Of a DNA stretch of 64,000 nt, positions 10,900-21,148 are shown piece after piece; position 1 is the stretch's first letter; each line of letters starts with the position of its first letter. This stretch comes from a virus (Duplodnaviria > Caudoviricetes): positions 5,533-69,532 of the IMG/VR virus record IMGVR_UViG_2663763509_000001. One strand, 5' to 3'. A program made the position numbers and the translations under genes. The notes under the pieces were generated by a model that saw only the letters and a program-made list of their open reading frames with translations, was not told where the DNA came from and searched no databases.

Positions 10900-11170
10900 T
10901 TCCTTCTTTGGTACTAATGATATCTTCCATAGTAAATGGAAAGTGTTTTCTTTTCAGTTCATTTTCATAAGCTTTTCTACAATGATCTGTAGTTTGCCAT
11001 AAGAAAAGAAAATCAATTAGTATTTTAGCATAATTTGCATACCAATATCTAGTATGTAACCTATAAGCTCTACTACTTAGTGTTTCATCAGGATAACCAT
11101 TAAATAAAGCATTGAATAACTGATCTATAGCTATACCTAAATTATAAAAATAAGTTCTGATTTTTTTCAT
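10880..11170 (-). CDS. Conserved phage protein next to lysin
   Basis: IAIDQLFNAL..GYPDETLSSRAYR...DHC motif common in phage tail/lysis regions. Confidence 0.7.
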   Translation of the reverse strand: MKKIRTYFYNLGIAIDQLFNALFNGYPDETLSSRAYRLHTRYWYANYAKILIDFLFLWQTTDHCRKAYENELKRKHFPFTMEDIISTKEGNENEGK

Positions 11171-11342
11171 TGTATCTCCGATAGGTGAAATAGGTATAAA
11201 CCTATTTCATATTGTGTATATAATATAAAGTTTTAACTGCATCTTTTACTTTGTGCATAGACTCATTACTTACAAACTGACTTTCTTCAATTTCATCATA
11301 AGCTGAATGTATAGCCATTTTAGCAACCTTCAAATGGCAATA

Positions 11343-11957
11343 CTACCAAACAATTAGATTAAGTTCTTCTAATGTTTGTGCTTTTTTGATATCATCTTCT
11401 AATTTTTGTCTTTTACCTAAGATTTTAGCTAACTCTGTTTCATATAAACTTGACTTTAATAAACATTTATCAACTAAATCTCTTAAAGGCATAGCCCTTA
11501 TTTCAGATATAATCTTTAGCATAGGACATAAATTATCATTAGTATATCCGCTATTTCTATAAGCTATAGCTTCACTTCTCTGAGTGGTAAAGGTTGCTAC
11601 TTCACTATCTGGTATCTTATCTACTAGTAGTTCATTAGGCAACTTCTCAGCTTTTAATTTAATCACTACAAACATAATGTCTTTAGTTTCATTAAGTAAC
11701 GCTTCATCTTGTAGAACTAAGGGAAGATATTGTTTAAGTAATTCTAACTCATTATTTTCTAAACAATATTTTTTAATTGCTTGCGTTCCTGCTTGAATTT
11801 CTTCATGTGTGATGTCGTCTATTCTGTTACCGTTCTCATCTTCAGTAAAATCTCTATTTATTATAGCTAATACTGCTTTATTTTGAATAGCAAACAATAT
11901 ATGTTCTTTTAAATTAGTATCATTTAGATACGATAGTGTTGTTTTTGAAACTAGCAT
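11343..11957 (-). CDS. Tail fibre assembly/chaperone-like protein
   Basis: Follows the tail fibre; EVATFTTQRSEA...ILGKRQKLED..TLEELNLIVW. Confidence 0.65.
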   Translation of the reverse strand: MLVSKTTLSYLNDTNLKEHILFAIQNKAVLAIINRDFTEDENGNRIDDITHEEIQAGTQAIKKYCLENNELELLKQYLPLVLQDEALLNETKDIMFVVIKLKAEKLPNELLVDKIPDSEVATFTTQRSEAIAYRNSGYTNDNLCPMLKIISEIRAMPLRDLVDKCLLKSSLYETELAKILGKRQKLEDDIKKAQTLEELNLIVW

Positions 11958-11966
11958 TTAAACTCC

Positions 11967-13919
11967 TTATTTATAAATTATTCCATTTCTTGTTACTGTA
12001 TTAGTCGTAAAAGGCAACTCTGATATACTCCAAGTACAAGATGCGGTATTAACACCGTATAAATTAGTTTGTGCCCCATTATCATTTATTACTAGATGCT
12101 TTCCTTTTGAACCTGTGAAATTAGTATGTTGAGCATTAACATAAGAATTATTATTATTTATTATCTGATAGTTTGATTTATTATTAGTACAAGAACAGCC
12201 AAGTAGTGATAATCTAGAATTATACCCGCAATAATACAACCAACCATTTACCAATGAACCATTGTTATCTAGCTTACCATTAAAAATACTCAATTCGCCA
12301 TTGGTTGTTGCTTTCAATACATCTTGATTTATTTCAGTATTTAAATTTTTAGCATTTTCACTTAGGTTATATCCCTCTAGTGTTACTTTTGAATTGTCTA
12401 CAAGAATAGCGTTCATTTTTAAATTGATAAAGCCAAATTTATGCTTATTACTATTTAAAGCTAGCATTTTTGCATAACTATGTAAAAAATACATACCTTT
12501 GGCCGTAGTTCCATTTGCGTCAAATAAACAACTCAATTGAGGAGCAATACAACCTATAAAAGTAAATAAATAACCTTCTCGTGGGTCATAATCTACATTA
12601 ACTATATCATCTTGACTAGTTATTGTAATATGACTAGCTAGTGAATTAACTAATTTAATTTTTTCATTTAACTTATAACCAGATTTTAAAGTGATAACTA
12701 TTTTATATGTATCATTTATAGTTATATACTTACAAGCTTCTGATAAAGCATCACTTAGTTTAGAAAAATTTCCACCAGTTCCTACTGTCCAATTAATATT
12801 TTTTACAAGTATTTTTGAGTATCTACCATCTGCTTGTCCTAAAGGTAATGAATGATTATTAGCAGTAGCGTTTGGGATAATTATAGGACTACTAAAGGTT
12901 TTATTACCTTTTATAGTTTCATTCCCTGTTAATCCTACTTTAGTCTTTAATTGTCTTAATGTAACAAAATTAGCATCTTCAGTTCCATCTATACCTGATT
13001 GGGTTTTTGTAAATATATTAGCTTCATTTTTCTTAGCATAGTTACTATCATCTAATGATACATCTTTATTAATCCATTTAGTTCCATTATATACTAAAAC
13101 TTGATTAGCTTTAGGTGTATTTATAGTAGTATCCTTTAGATTACTAATAGTTGTTCTATGAGGATTACTAAAGTCAGCCATATGAGTATCCATACCATCA
13201 GTTTCTACATCTTTAGATACCCATTTACTTGTATCTTGATCCCAACCTAAGAATTGACCTCTTCTAGGATCACTTGCGTTTACATCACCTAAATCATTTA
13301 AATTAGTAACTTTACCAGCTTCTGTTTGTGCTCTCTTTACTTCATTTATAGCTGCAACTACTGTATTTTTTACACCTGTTTCTAAAGTATTTAGATTACC
13401 TACTTTATCACTAACTGCTTTAACTTTACTATCCACTTCAGTAGATAAATCATAGTTATCTAATGTAGTTGTATCTACTTTATTTGTTAATTTATCATCA
13501 ATATCAGATTTATTATAATAATTTTCTAATACTGTATTATCTGCTTTATTCCTTAATAGATTATCTGTTTCTGTTTTATTGTAGTGATTAGTTGTTAAAG
13601 TTGTAGTATCTACTTTAGTACTTAAAGAAGTATCTATTTCACTTTTATTATAATAATCACCTAGTTGTGTTTTATCTGTTTTTAATTTTAATTTTTCATC
13701 AACTTCACTTTTATTATAATAATTAGATAAATCTGTACCTTGACCACCTTGACCAGTAGCTTTGTACTTTATAGATTTATCATTTCCTAATCCTAACACT
13801 ATTTGTGTTTCAGTAAAAGTAATCCTAGCTTCTGTATTAGATTCTGTTGTAGGAGTTTCTAAATCCTTATCCAATTCACAAGCAAATGATATTTTACCAC
13901 TGTCTATCATATCAGCCAT
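11967..13919 (-). CDS. Tail fibre / receptor-binding protein
   Basis: YYNKSE-type repeats, LNDLGDV and NQVLVYNGTKW shaft motifs, WTVGTGGNF followed by a beta-helix-like C-terminus. Confidence 0.85.
   Translation of the reverse strand: MADMIDSGKISFACELDKDLETPTTESNTEARITFTETQIVLGLGNDKSIKYKATGQGGQGTDLSNYYNKSEVDEKLKLKTDKTQLGDYYNKSEIDTSLSTKVDTTTLTTNHYNKTETDNLLRNKADNTVLENYYNKSDIDDKLTNKVDTTTLDNYDLSTEVDSKVKAVSDKVGNLNTLETGVKNTVVAAINEVKRAQTEAGKVTNLNDLGDVNASDPRRGQFLGWDQDTSKWVSKDVETDGMDTHMADFSNPHRTTISNLKDTTINTPKANQVLVYNGTKWINKDVSLDDSNYAKKNEANIFTKTQSGIDGTEDANFVTLRQLKTKVGLTGNETIKGNKTFSSPIIIPNATANNHSLPLGQADGRYSKILVKNINWTVGTGGNFSKLSDALSEACKYITINDTYKIVITLKSGYKLNEKIKLVNSLASHITITSQDDIVNVDYDPREGYLFTFIGCIAPQLSCLFDANGTTAKGMYFLHSYAKMLALNSNKHKFGFINLKMNAILVDNSKVTLEGYNLSENAKNLNTEINQDVLKATTNGELSIFNGKLDNNGSLVNGWLYYCGYNSRLSLLGCSCTNNKSNYQIINNNNSYVNAQHTNFTGSKGKHLVINDNGAQTNLYGVNTASCTWSISELPFTTNTVTRNGIIYK
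13425..13735 (-). repeat. Five imperfect coding repeats of about 21-22 aa in the tail fibre
   Basis: NYYNKSEVD / DYYNKSEID / NHYNKTETD / NYYNKSDID / NYDLSTEVD. Confidence 0.75.
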
Positions 13920-13929
13920 TTTTCACTCC

Positions 13930-15105
13930 TTAATTACCATATGGTTTTAATAATTCAATACCTTCTAAGTCATAATCTTTGAATACAGCAGGTATTGTTG
14001 CTTTAATAACTTCTAAAATCTTAGCTTTAGTATATTGTTCTACTTCATCTCTAAATTTAGTATAATCTGCAGTTAACTGGTTTACTTCTGCCTTTAAAGT
14101 ATTTATTTCAGTTTTAGCATCTAATATAGCTTGTTTTAATTGTATATCAGTTTCTTTTTGAAGTAATAATGCTTCATTTATTTTTATACTTAAATCTTGA
14201 ATTTGAACAACTAATTCTTTGTATTTAACTTCTTCAGTTTTTATTGTACTAACTAGATCATTACTTAATTTATCATATAAATCTTGTAATTTCTGTGTAT
14301 AATTTTTCACAGCAGTATCTAGTTCAGCAATAGCTCTTTGTATTACATCAGGAGCGTCTTGTATGATTTTAACTAATGTTTTTATATCTTCTACATTGGT
14401 ACTAATTAGTTTAAGATCGTCTATATTATCAGCTATTAGTTTTTGAAGATCATAGTATTCTGAATCTGTAAATCCTTTAGAATTTTTTAAATCTTCATAT
14501 ATACTTACCCATCTAGAATTTTTTAATAACTCAGGAAGGTAGTCAAATATAGTAAGTAATCTTTCTAGATTAGCTCTAATTTGAATAAGTTCATTTTTAT
14601 ATTGAATAACTTCTGATATTTCAGCGGATAATCCTGAAACTATAACTATATCATCAGTCATAGCAGAACAATCTAGTATTGCATTTATATTATCAATAAC
14701 TGATTGTATATTATCTTTTATACCATTTACAGCTAGTATATCATCTTTTATATTGCTAACATTAACTATTTCATTTTTAATAGGAGAAATATTTGATATA
14801 CTAACTAAAGTACCATCATTATTTAAAGTCAAAGCTTCATCTATAATTTGTAATCCTGTTTTAGTATTACTTTGATAGATTTGATCTGTAGCTAAACTAT
14901 CATAATTAGTATTAAATTCATTAGTATTGTCTAATAATCTATTCATATTAGATGCTACTATTTTAACACTATCTATGTTATCAGCAACTATTGTAACATC
15001 TGTATCAGCTTGATATGTAATCACTTGAGTAATAGTTTTAGTACTATCTTTGTGATTAGATAACGGAGCTTCAACATCTGGTTTAGGTTGATTGTCTATA
15101 ACCAT
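13930..15105 (-). CDS. Tail/appendage structural protein (coiled coil)
   Basis: 391 aa; VADNIDSVKIVA-type repeats; N4 gp66 position. Confidence 0.55.
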   Translation of the reverse strand: MVIDNQPKPDVEAPLSNHKDSTKTITQVITYQADTDVTIVADNIDSVKIVASNMNRLLDNTNEFNTNYDSLATDQIYQSNTKTGLQIIDEALTLNNDGTLVSISNISPIKNEIVNVSNIKDDILAVNGIKDNIQSVIDNINAILDCSAMTDDIVIVSGLSAEISEVIQYKNELIQIRANLERLLTIFDYLPELLKNSRWVSIYEDLKNSKGFTDSEYYDLQKLIADNIDDLKLISTNVEDIKTLVKIIQDAPDVIQRAIAELDTAVKNYTQKLQDLYDKLSNDLVSTIKTEEVKYKELVVQIQDLSIKINEALLLQKETDIQLKQAILDAKTEINTLKAEVNQLTADYTKFRDEVEQYTKAKILEVIKATIPAVFKDYDLEGIELLKPYGN

Positions 15106-15323
15106 TACACATCCTTTATATAGTCATTAATATTATAGATAAATTTATCTTTCTCTAAAGGTATATCAACTATACCTTGATTGATAGTAAATCTACTATG
15201 TAAGTCAATTAATACCATATTCACAATATTGCACATATCAGGATATTTATCTGCTATGGCAAGATTCTTTAGATCTGTGGCTTTAGCAAATTCAATCACT
15301 TGTTTTAATGTTAAATTACCCAT
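15105..15323 (-). CDS. N-terminal half of N4 gp67-like head-tail adaptor
   Basis: LTLKQVIEF...DLKNL...VNMVLIDLHSRF; directly after TerL, where N4 has gp67. Confidence 0.6.
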   Translation of the reverse strand: MGNLTLKQVIEFAKATDLKNLAIADKYPDMCNIVNMVLIDLHSRFTINQGIVDIPLEKDKFIYNINDYIKDV

Positions 15324-15334
15324 TACTATTTCCT

Positions 15335-18300
15335 TTAGAATATGACATTATTTCGTATTATATCATTTTTTTCTTCATTTATTATCATTCTATCAAACGA
15401 ATCTATAATAATATCTGGTTTTTCTTCTATATATTCCTGTTGAGAAGGAGCAAATAATTCTAAATATTGAAGCATAGATATTGTATCTAGTACATCATCG
15501 TGTTTAGATTTAAATCCTTTTTTAGTTGTTTTAAATAATTCATCCTCTAACTCTCTAAAATATTCAGTATCTTCCATAAATTTAGATACAAACATTTTCT
15601 TAGCGTGAAAATTAGGAGAGAATAGTACAAATCTACCAAACTTATCAGAAGTAGGACGAACTTCATTTATATTGAAATAAACATTTTTAGATACTTGTTG
15701 ATCTCTAATCCAACTAACAAAACCTCCTTGTTGTCCTGTAACTTCTATACCTACTTCCATAGGATTATATTTTTGAACTAATCTAAATAAGTTATTAATC
15801 ATATCTGATACAGGATCTTGACTAATATAACCATCAACTAATATAAAGTCTTTATTATGTGTATATGCCCAAACAGATATAACTCTATAATCTGCTGAAG
15901 TTTTTTCACTAGAAGCAAAGTCTGTAGTTATATAATAATTATATATATCAGGTCTAGGTTCTATTAAATGCTTGCTATCTAATATTTGTAATTGATCTCT
16001 TTTAATTAGTAAATCTTCTTCAGAAACAACTCTTAGCATAATTTCTTGATTAAATGAATCTAATTTACCATTTTTTTTAGAATCTTCATACATTTCTTTA
16101 ACATACTCATAAGGGAATCTATCTTCCCAAGAACCTTTAAATTCTTCTTTAGTACAAGGAAACTTTTCACATACAGGAAATAGGTTTACTTTCCAAGATC
16201 CTGATTCTATAGCTTTATATAGAGGATCTCTAGAATTAAATGGAGTACCTATGTATATAATTTTCTGTTTTGTAGGGTGTAAAGCATACTGAATACTTTT
16301 ATATATTGTATCTTCAACTTTTTCTAATATGATATCGCTTCTAGCATCTTCATCAGTTAGTATATCGTCAAGTATACAATTATGACTTAATCCAAATTGT
16401 GTGGTATATGTATGATTAGGTGTTTGTATAGGAATAAATAAATCTTTCTCTAATCTATTAGATGATGATTTAACTTTTCTATATAACCATCCATTTTCTA
16501 TAAACACTTCAGTACTTATAACACTATCTATATTGTAACCTAATACTTCTCTAACATTTTGAGATAGTCTTATTTCCCATTGTTGTCTAGATATATAAGT
16601 GTATCCATTAAAGAAAGTAGTATAGGGTTCCTTAGATCTAGTTATTCTAATATGATATGGTAGATTTAATCTCTCACATATAATACCAAGTTTATCTATT
16701 ACATCTTTATTTATACTATTAATTCTTATTTGATTATTTTTATAATCGATATAACCATCACCTGATATATATCCTAATAGTAGTTGTTTTTGATAGTCTA
16801 TTTTAATATCTAATATCCAATTAGGTATGTCTTTAACACTATTAGAAATATGATTACTAGATAGAAATCTAGCTAGTACACTATTACATATTTCACAAAC
16901 AAAATGGTTATCGAACTCTTTAGATATTCGTAATTTATAACCTAATTTATCACAACATTCTTTTAATCTGTCATAAATATGAGGCTTATATTTATTCATA
17001 CAAAAACTTATCCTAGTTTGTGTAGATGAACCATCAGATAAATATAATCCGTATATAAACCAGAATTCTTCATTGTACATTCTTTTATATTTATCTTTAT
17101 ATTCAATAATATTATTATTTATTATTCTACCTGAAGAATCTCGTTTAGATATACTATTCTTTTTAAATAGTATACTTTCTATATCTTTTTCTATATAATT
17201 TATAGGTTTAGCAATATAATCGGTTCTATATTGTTGTTTACCTAGTAATTTCTTATAACATAAATCTTTAGCTTCTACCCATCTATTATCTATTCTTTCA
17301 TAACTACAACTAGTTTTAGTTTTACCATTAGGTAAGTATTCTTTCTTATTAGTTTTTATTAAAGACATAACCATATATCTATGTTCTTTAGTAACTATTT
17401 CTGAATCTGTTAATCCAAATAGTTTAACCTCACAACCAAATTCGTACCTATAATCACCTTTCTTATAGTAATCTTCTACTTTATGAGTACCTAAATCAGT
17501 AGTAACAATAGTACCTATTTTATGACATAATGTAGGTCTTTCTGCATATTCTTTAAAACCCCTAACACCTTTAGTAATACCAAATCCTCTAACAACAAAT
17601 GGTATATTTTTTATATTTACAAATTCTAATCTAACATCTGTAAATTTAATACCTGAGCTATTTAGATCATTCATATCATTGTTACTAAGTGGTATATTAT
17701 CATATTTATCTGTAGAACCTGTTATTCGTATTTTTTTATTAGGTATCATTTTCTGTAAAAACTCACTATTAGAGTATCTTGCTTCTATATTGTTTCTTAA
17801 ATCTTTTACACCTTTTTCCATAGAGTTAGCTACATACATAGCTACATTTACTCTTCCAAAATTAGGTAATGTATTAAAACAAGCAATATATAGAACTAAA
17901 TACTCACCTAATAATGATGTATTATGTGTTATATATAGATTTTCTATCAAGTATGATTTAGTTTCTGAAGATACACTAATACATTGAGTTTTTACTTCGT
18001 AATCTAATTTAACAATATTAGTTATAGAAGCATATAACTCTTTATGTTTGTAGTTCTTTCTTAGTAAATATCTAGGATCTTTAGATAATTTAGGTATAAA
18101 TAATCTGTGTCTTTTGTAACTAATTTGATTAAAGAATTCATATATTTCTTTAGTAGTTAATACATCTTCATTATTACCTTTATTGTCTTTAGTTACTATA
18201 TGTAAATGATCTTCATTAGCTATAAACTTAAATCTAAAGTGATTAAAACTAACTGTTATTTCGTAACATTGATTAGTAAATATTTCACTTTTATTAGTTA

Positions 18301-18622
18301 CTATTGTTTCTTTACCTTCTCTATCATAAACAATATCTCCTACTTGTATATCTTTCATTGTAGTGTAACCATCAGGAGTTAATATTTTAGTATCTAATGC
18401 TAATGCTTTAGCAAAACCTCTGTGGCAACATACTGCATTCTTTTTAGTTTTACTAAATATTGTATCAATTAGATTTAAATGTGCTAATGGTGATTTATTA
18501 CTATCATTACTTCCTTTATTAACTTCTTTAATAAAATTTATAAAAGCTAATGACTCTATAGAAGGTGTGTAACCTTTAAATGAATAATCTACCTCATTCA
18601 GTAAATCAGTATATGATTTCAA
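15335..18622 (-). CDS. terL: Terminase large subunit (N4 gp68-like) with two inteins
   Basis: Spliced Walker A CHRGFAK|TSL and Walker B RPTL|CILDD; GTPFN, YITTDFA, GIEVTGQQGGF, KHDDVLDTISML. Confidence 0.95.
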   Translation of the reverse strand: MKSYTDLLNEVDYSFKGYTPSIESLAFINFIKEVNKGSNDSNKSPLAHLNLIDTIFSKTKKNAVCCHRGFAKALALDTKILTPDGYTTMKDIQVGDIVYDREGKETIVTNKSEIFTNQCYEITVSFNHFRFKFIANEDHLHIVTKDNKGNNEDVLTTKEIYEFFNQISYKRHRLFIPKLSKDPRYLLRKNYKHKELYASITNIVKLDYEVKTQCISVSSETKSYLIENLYITHNTSLLGEYLVLYIACFNTLPNFGRVNVAMYVANSMEKGVKDLRNNIEARYSNSEFLQKMIPNKKIRITGSTDKYDNIPLSNNDMNDLNSSGIKFTDVRLEFVNIKNIPFVVRGFGITKGVRGFKEYAERPTLCHKIGTIVTTDLGTHKVEDYYKKGDYRYEFGCEVKLFGLTDSEIVTKEHRYMVMSLIKTNKKEYLPNGKTKTSCSYERIDNRWVEAKDLCYKKLLGKQQYRTDYIAKPINYIEKDIESILFKKNSISKRDSSGRIINNNIIEYKDKYKRMYNEEFWFIYGLYLSDGSSTQTRISFCMNKYKPHIYDRLKECCDKLGYKLRISKEFDNHFVCEICNSVLARFLSSNHISNSVKDIPNWILDIKIDYQKQLLLGYISGDGYIDYKNNQIRINSINKDVIDKLGIICERLNLPYHIRITRSKEPYTTFFNGYTYISRQQWEIRLSQNVREVLGYNIDSVISTEVFIENGWLYRKVKSSSNRLEKDLFIPIQTPNHTYTTQFGLSHNCILDDILTDEDARSDIILEKVEDTIYKSIQYALHPTKQKIIYIGTPFNSRDPLYKAIESGSWKVNLFPVCEKFPCTKEEFKGSWEDRFPYEYVKEMYEDSKKNGKLDSFNQEIMLRVVSEEDLLIKRDQLQILDSKHLIEPRPDIYNYYITTDFASSEKTSADYRVISVWAYTHNKDFILVDGYISQDPVSDMINNLFRLVQKYNPMEVGIEVTGQQGGFVSWIRDQQVSKNVYFNINEVRPTSDKFGRFVLFSPNFHAKKMFVSKFMEDTEYFRELEDELFKTTKKGFKSKHDDVLDTISMLQYLELFAPSQQEYIEEKPDIIIDSFDRMIINEEKNDIIRNNVIF
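16379..17527 (-). mobile_element. Intein (383 aa) with LAGLIDADG endonuclease, at TerL Walker B
   Basis: Starts CHKIGTIV, ends GLSHN, +1 Cys; YGLYLSDGS and LLGYISGDG motifs. Confidence 0.9.
17921..18406 (-). mobile_element. Mini-intein (162 aa), Ala1, class 3-like, in TerL Walker A
   Basis: Starts ALALDTKILTPDG; block B ANEDHLH; block F TQCISV; ends ITHN; +1 Thr. Confidence 0.88.
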
Positions 18623-19371
18623 TCTTCATCCTCCTTACATTTTACATTTATAATATCAAACGCATCATCTTTATTAGTACTTATTAATTTTAATTGTTGT
18701 TCTGCTAATTTTCTTAATTCATCTTGATATCCATCTATAATATTTATTTGATTAGAATTACCTAAATGAATATTAACATTGTTTTGTTGAGCTTGTGGTG
18801 CTAAGTGAGTAAGTAATTTATCAGCAGCCATAATTCTATCTCTTGCATGTGAAGCATTATTCATTTCTTTCCTTAACCTATCTATAGCTTGATATCTATA
18901 TCCAGCATATAAAAGGTTTAATGGTACATCACTAGATTGCTGTATAAGTATAACTAATTTAGATTTAGAAAATAGTTTAGAAGCACTATCTATTTGTTCT
19001 TCTAAATGTTTACTCTTATCTCTCATATATACTTGTACTACTTTAGAATAGCTATGTGATCTAATATAGGCTTCAAAAGTACTACAACCTAAATTCATAT
19101 AACTAACAAATTTCATACTTGTTAGAAAATGTTGTATAGACTTACAATGTTCTGATTTAATTAAATCTCTAAATTCTACTATATTAGCTATAAAATCTCT
19201 AACACTGTCAGGATCTTCACCTTTAAATGTACTATTAATATTATCTATATCACTATCTTTTATATCTACATCAGGGAATAAGGACATAAGATAGTTTTTA
19301 CTAATAGTAGGTTGTTTTACTTGATCTTCACTTTCAGGTAATGAATCTATATTATCTTTATTTAGTTTCAT
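18619..19371 (-). CDS. N4 gp69-like protein (putative terminase small subunit)
   Basis: MKFVSYMNLG...AYIR...YQAI...RIMAADKLLTHLAP; upstream of terL. Confidence 0.75.
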   Translation of the reverse strand: MKLNKDNIDSLPESEDQVKQPTISKNYLMSLFPDVDIKDSDIDNINSTFKGEDPDSVRDFIANIVEFRDLIKSEHCKSIQHFLTSMKFVSYMNLGCSTFEAYIRSHSYSKVVQVYMRDKSKHLEEQIDSASKLFSKSKLVILIQQSSDVPLNLLYAGYRYQAIDRLRKEMNNASHARDRIMAADKLLTHLAPQAQQNNVNIHLGNSNQINIIDGYQDELRKLAEQQLKLISTNKDDAFDIINVKCKEDED

Positions 19372-19915
19372 TATTCTCCTTTTTAAGTAAACCTTCTAAG
19401 TATTCTATTTTAGTTTGTATCTCATTATATGCTAACTCTTCAGTACTAATGTTCTCTCTATGTCTATCATAATCTTTTTTTAACTCTTCTATTATTAGTT
19501 TATCAGTTTGTTTTATATACTCATTAATAGCTAACATAACATCATTATCGTCAAACTTATAGTGAATAGTATCTTTATCTATGTTATGTACTTTTATCAC
19601 ACTTCCTTTATGTAATGTATCTAAGATAAGAGATAGTATATTAAACTTTTTATTCACTTTATCATAAAACATCTTATCTTTAATATCTTTAGGTATTATA
19701 ATATCTTCATCTTCTACAAAAATACTAAATATAGATAACAACATACAAGACGTATTATCATTTTGTTTAAACAATAACTTAGAAGCTTCTACTTCTGACA
19801 GTTTAGATAATTCATTATAATCTAATGATAATTTACTAATTAATTCATTTAATTCCATATACTCTCCATTTATTTTAATTTTGATAAGTATATCATAATA
19901 ATAGAGTTCATACAA
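19358..19915 (-). CDS. Hypothetical protein
   Basis: ORF; likely start is MELNELI after a GGAG SD. Confidence 0.6.
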   Translation of the reverse strand: MYELYYYDILIKIKINGEYMELNELISKLSLDYNELSKLSEVEASKLLFKQNDNTSCMLLSIFSIFVEDEDIIIPKDIKDKMFYDKVNKKFNILSLILDTLHKGSVIKVHNIDKDTIHYKFDDNDVMLAINEYIKQTDKLIIEELKKDYDRHRENISTEELAYNEIQTKIEYLEGLLKKENNETK

Positions 19916-20150
19916 AATAAATTTATGAAAAAGATTAACTGATTAAAAAATAATTTTAACAAAGAGGTTTATAATATATTTTTAAGGATCGACACAAAAA
20001 GCAAAGTATATGGCAAAATGTATGAACTCCTAATGAAAGTATATCAAATTAGAAACTAAATTGCAAATACTAATTTTTTATAAAAAATCTAATATAACGG
20101 TAACAATGAAAGTACCATATGTCTAGTGAAGTATCCATACTTTGAAGCTA

Positions 20151-20179
20151 TTGACAAAATTGAGTATCCTTGTTATAAT
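20151..20179 (+). promoter_or_regulatory. Consensus sigma70 promoter
   Basis: TTGACA-N17-TATAAT with TG extension. Confidence 0.7.
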
Positions 20180-20576
20180 GGAGGAATCCATTACTTAATG
20201 GTTATATGACGACTGCGAATGCACACAAATGAAAAATCCTTATGAGCATCACCGAAGGTGATTAGTGCGAATAAGGAAACGAAGCTGATTAACCATGTTT
20301 GGTTAATGCTGAGTTACCGATTAGCCTCTATACCTAAAAACATACATTATAATCAGACTGAAATCTAAGGGAACTGCTATTATACATTACCGACACAACT
20401 AACATAACCGACACATAATCTTAATCGAAACTGAATTTTGTATTATATTTTTTATTTTTTGTGTAGGTGTAGTACATCCCCTAATGACTCTATCGAGTCA
20501 ATCAATACCCCCCTATAGGGGAGAAAAAAAGAATTCTTTTTAGTATCCTTGAAAATTAAATTTAAAAGGAGTAACA

Positions 20577-20807
20577 ATGGAAATACTTTTATGGGTAGTA
20601 GCTCTAGCAGTTGCAGGATGGTTTATGGGATTCAATTTCTTTAAGTTCAGTGGTAGAACTTTAAAAACCCTTTGCATTAAAGCAGATGAAGTACTCTTAG
20701 ATGAGGTTGTTTCAAGTATTGATATGAATAGACTTAAAGCTAACAAAGCTAAACAGCAAGAAATATTTGATGCTTATGATAACCTTGATAAGACTTCAAA
20801 AAAATAA
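20577..20807 (+). CDS. Early membrane protein
   Basis: AAGGAG SD; N-terminal TM helix; first gene of the + strand block. Confidence 0.7.
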   Translation: MEILLWVVALAVAGWFMGFNFFKFSGRTLKTLCIKADEVLLDEVVSSIDMNRLKANKAKQQEIFDAYDNLDKTSKK

Positions 20808-20829
20808 GCCTATTTATAGGCTTTCCTTT
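20807..20829 (+). terminator. Hairpin after first early gene
   Basis: AAGCCTA-ttta-TAGGCTT then T-rich tract. Confidence 0.5.
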
Positions 20830-20885
20830 AATTTTCTTTTAAGCAACTTAATTTTCGACACTAAAATAACATTAAAGGATAGCAT

Positions 20886-21074
20886 ATGCACATAATTTTT
20901 ATTCCAACAGTATTAGTAGTTTCATCAGTACTAGGTTTATATCATTCACTATCATTGATAGTTGATTATAAAGAATATTTTATAGGTTCAGTACTGCTTG
21001 TATCTTTTGTATTACTACTATTCATGTATGCAACTATATTCCTATTTGATTCATATGAATACCATAGGAAATAG
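20886..21074 (+). CDS. Early membrane protein (2 TM)
   Basis: AAAGGA SD; two hydrophobic segments. Confidence 0.65.
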   Translation: MHIIFIPTVLVVSSVLGLYHSLSLIVDYKEYFIGSVLLVSFVLLLFMYATIFLFDSYEYHRK

Positions 21075-21080
21075 ACTATA

Positions 21081-21108
21081 GAGAGCAATTAAGCTCTCTT
21101 ATTTTTTT
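21081..21108 (+). terminator. Intrinsic terminator
   Basis: GAGAGC-aattaa-GCTCTC-TTATTTTTTT. Confidence 0.65.
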
Positions 21109-21148
21109 CGTTTATTTGATTTAATTTTATTTATAAGGAGATATAAGA

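Noticed and set aside
11171-11342. Possible gene remnant between the tail chaperone and lysis genes
   Set aside because: Short frame with an internal stop and no motif I can assign; only a hairpin (GAAATAGGT/ACCTATTTC) is clear
20248-20262. ATCACC-GAA-GGTGAT as a canonical N4 vRNAP promoter
   Set aside because: The loop fits, but the strand and flanking bases do not fit transcription of the + strand early genes; kept only as part of the structured element
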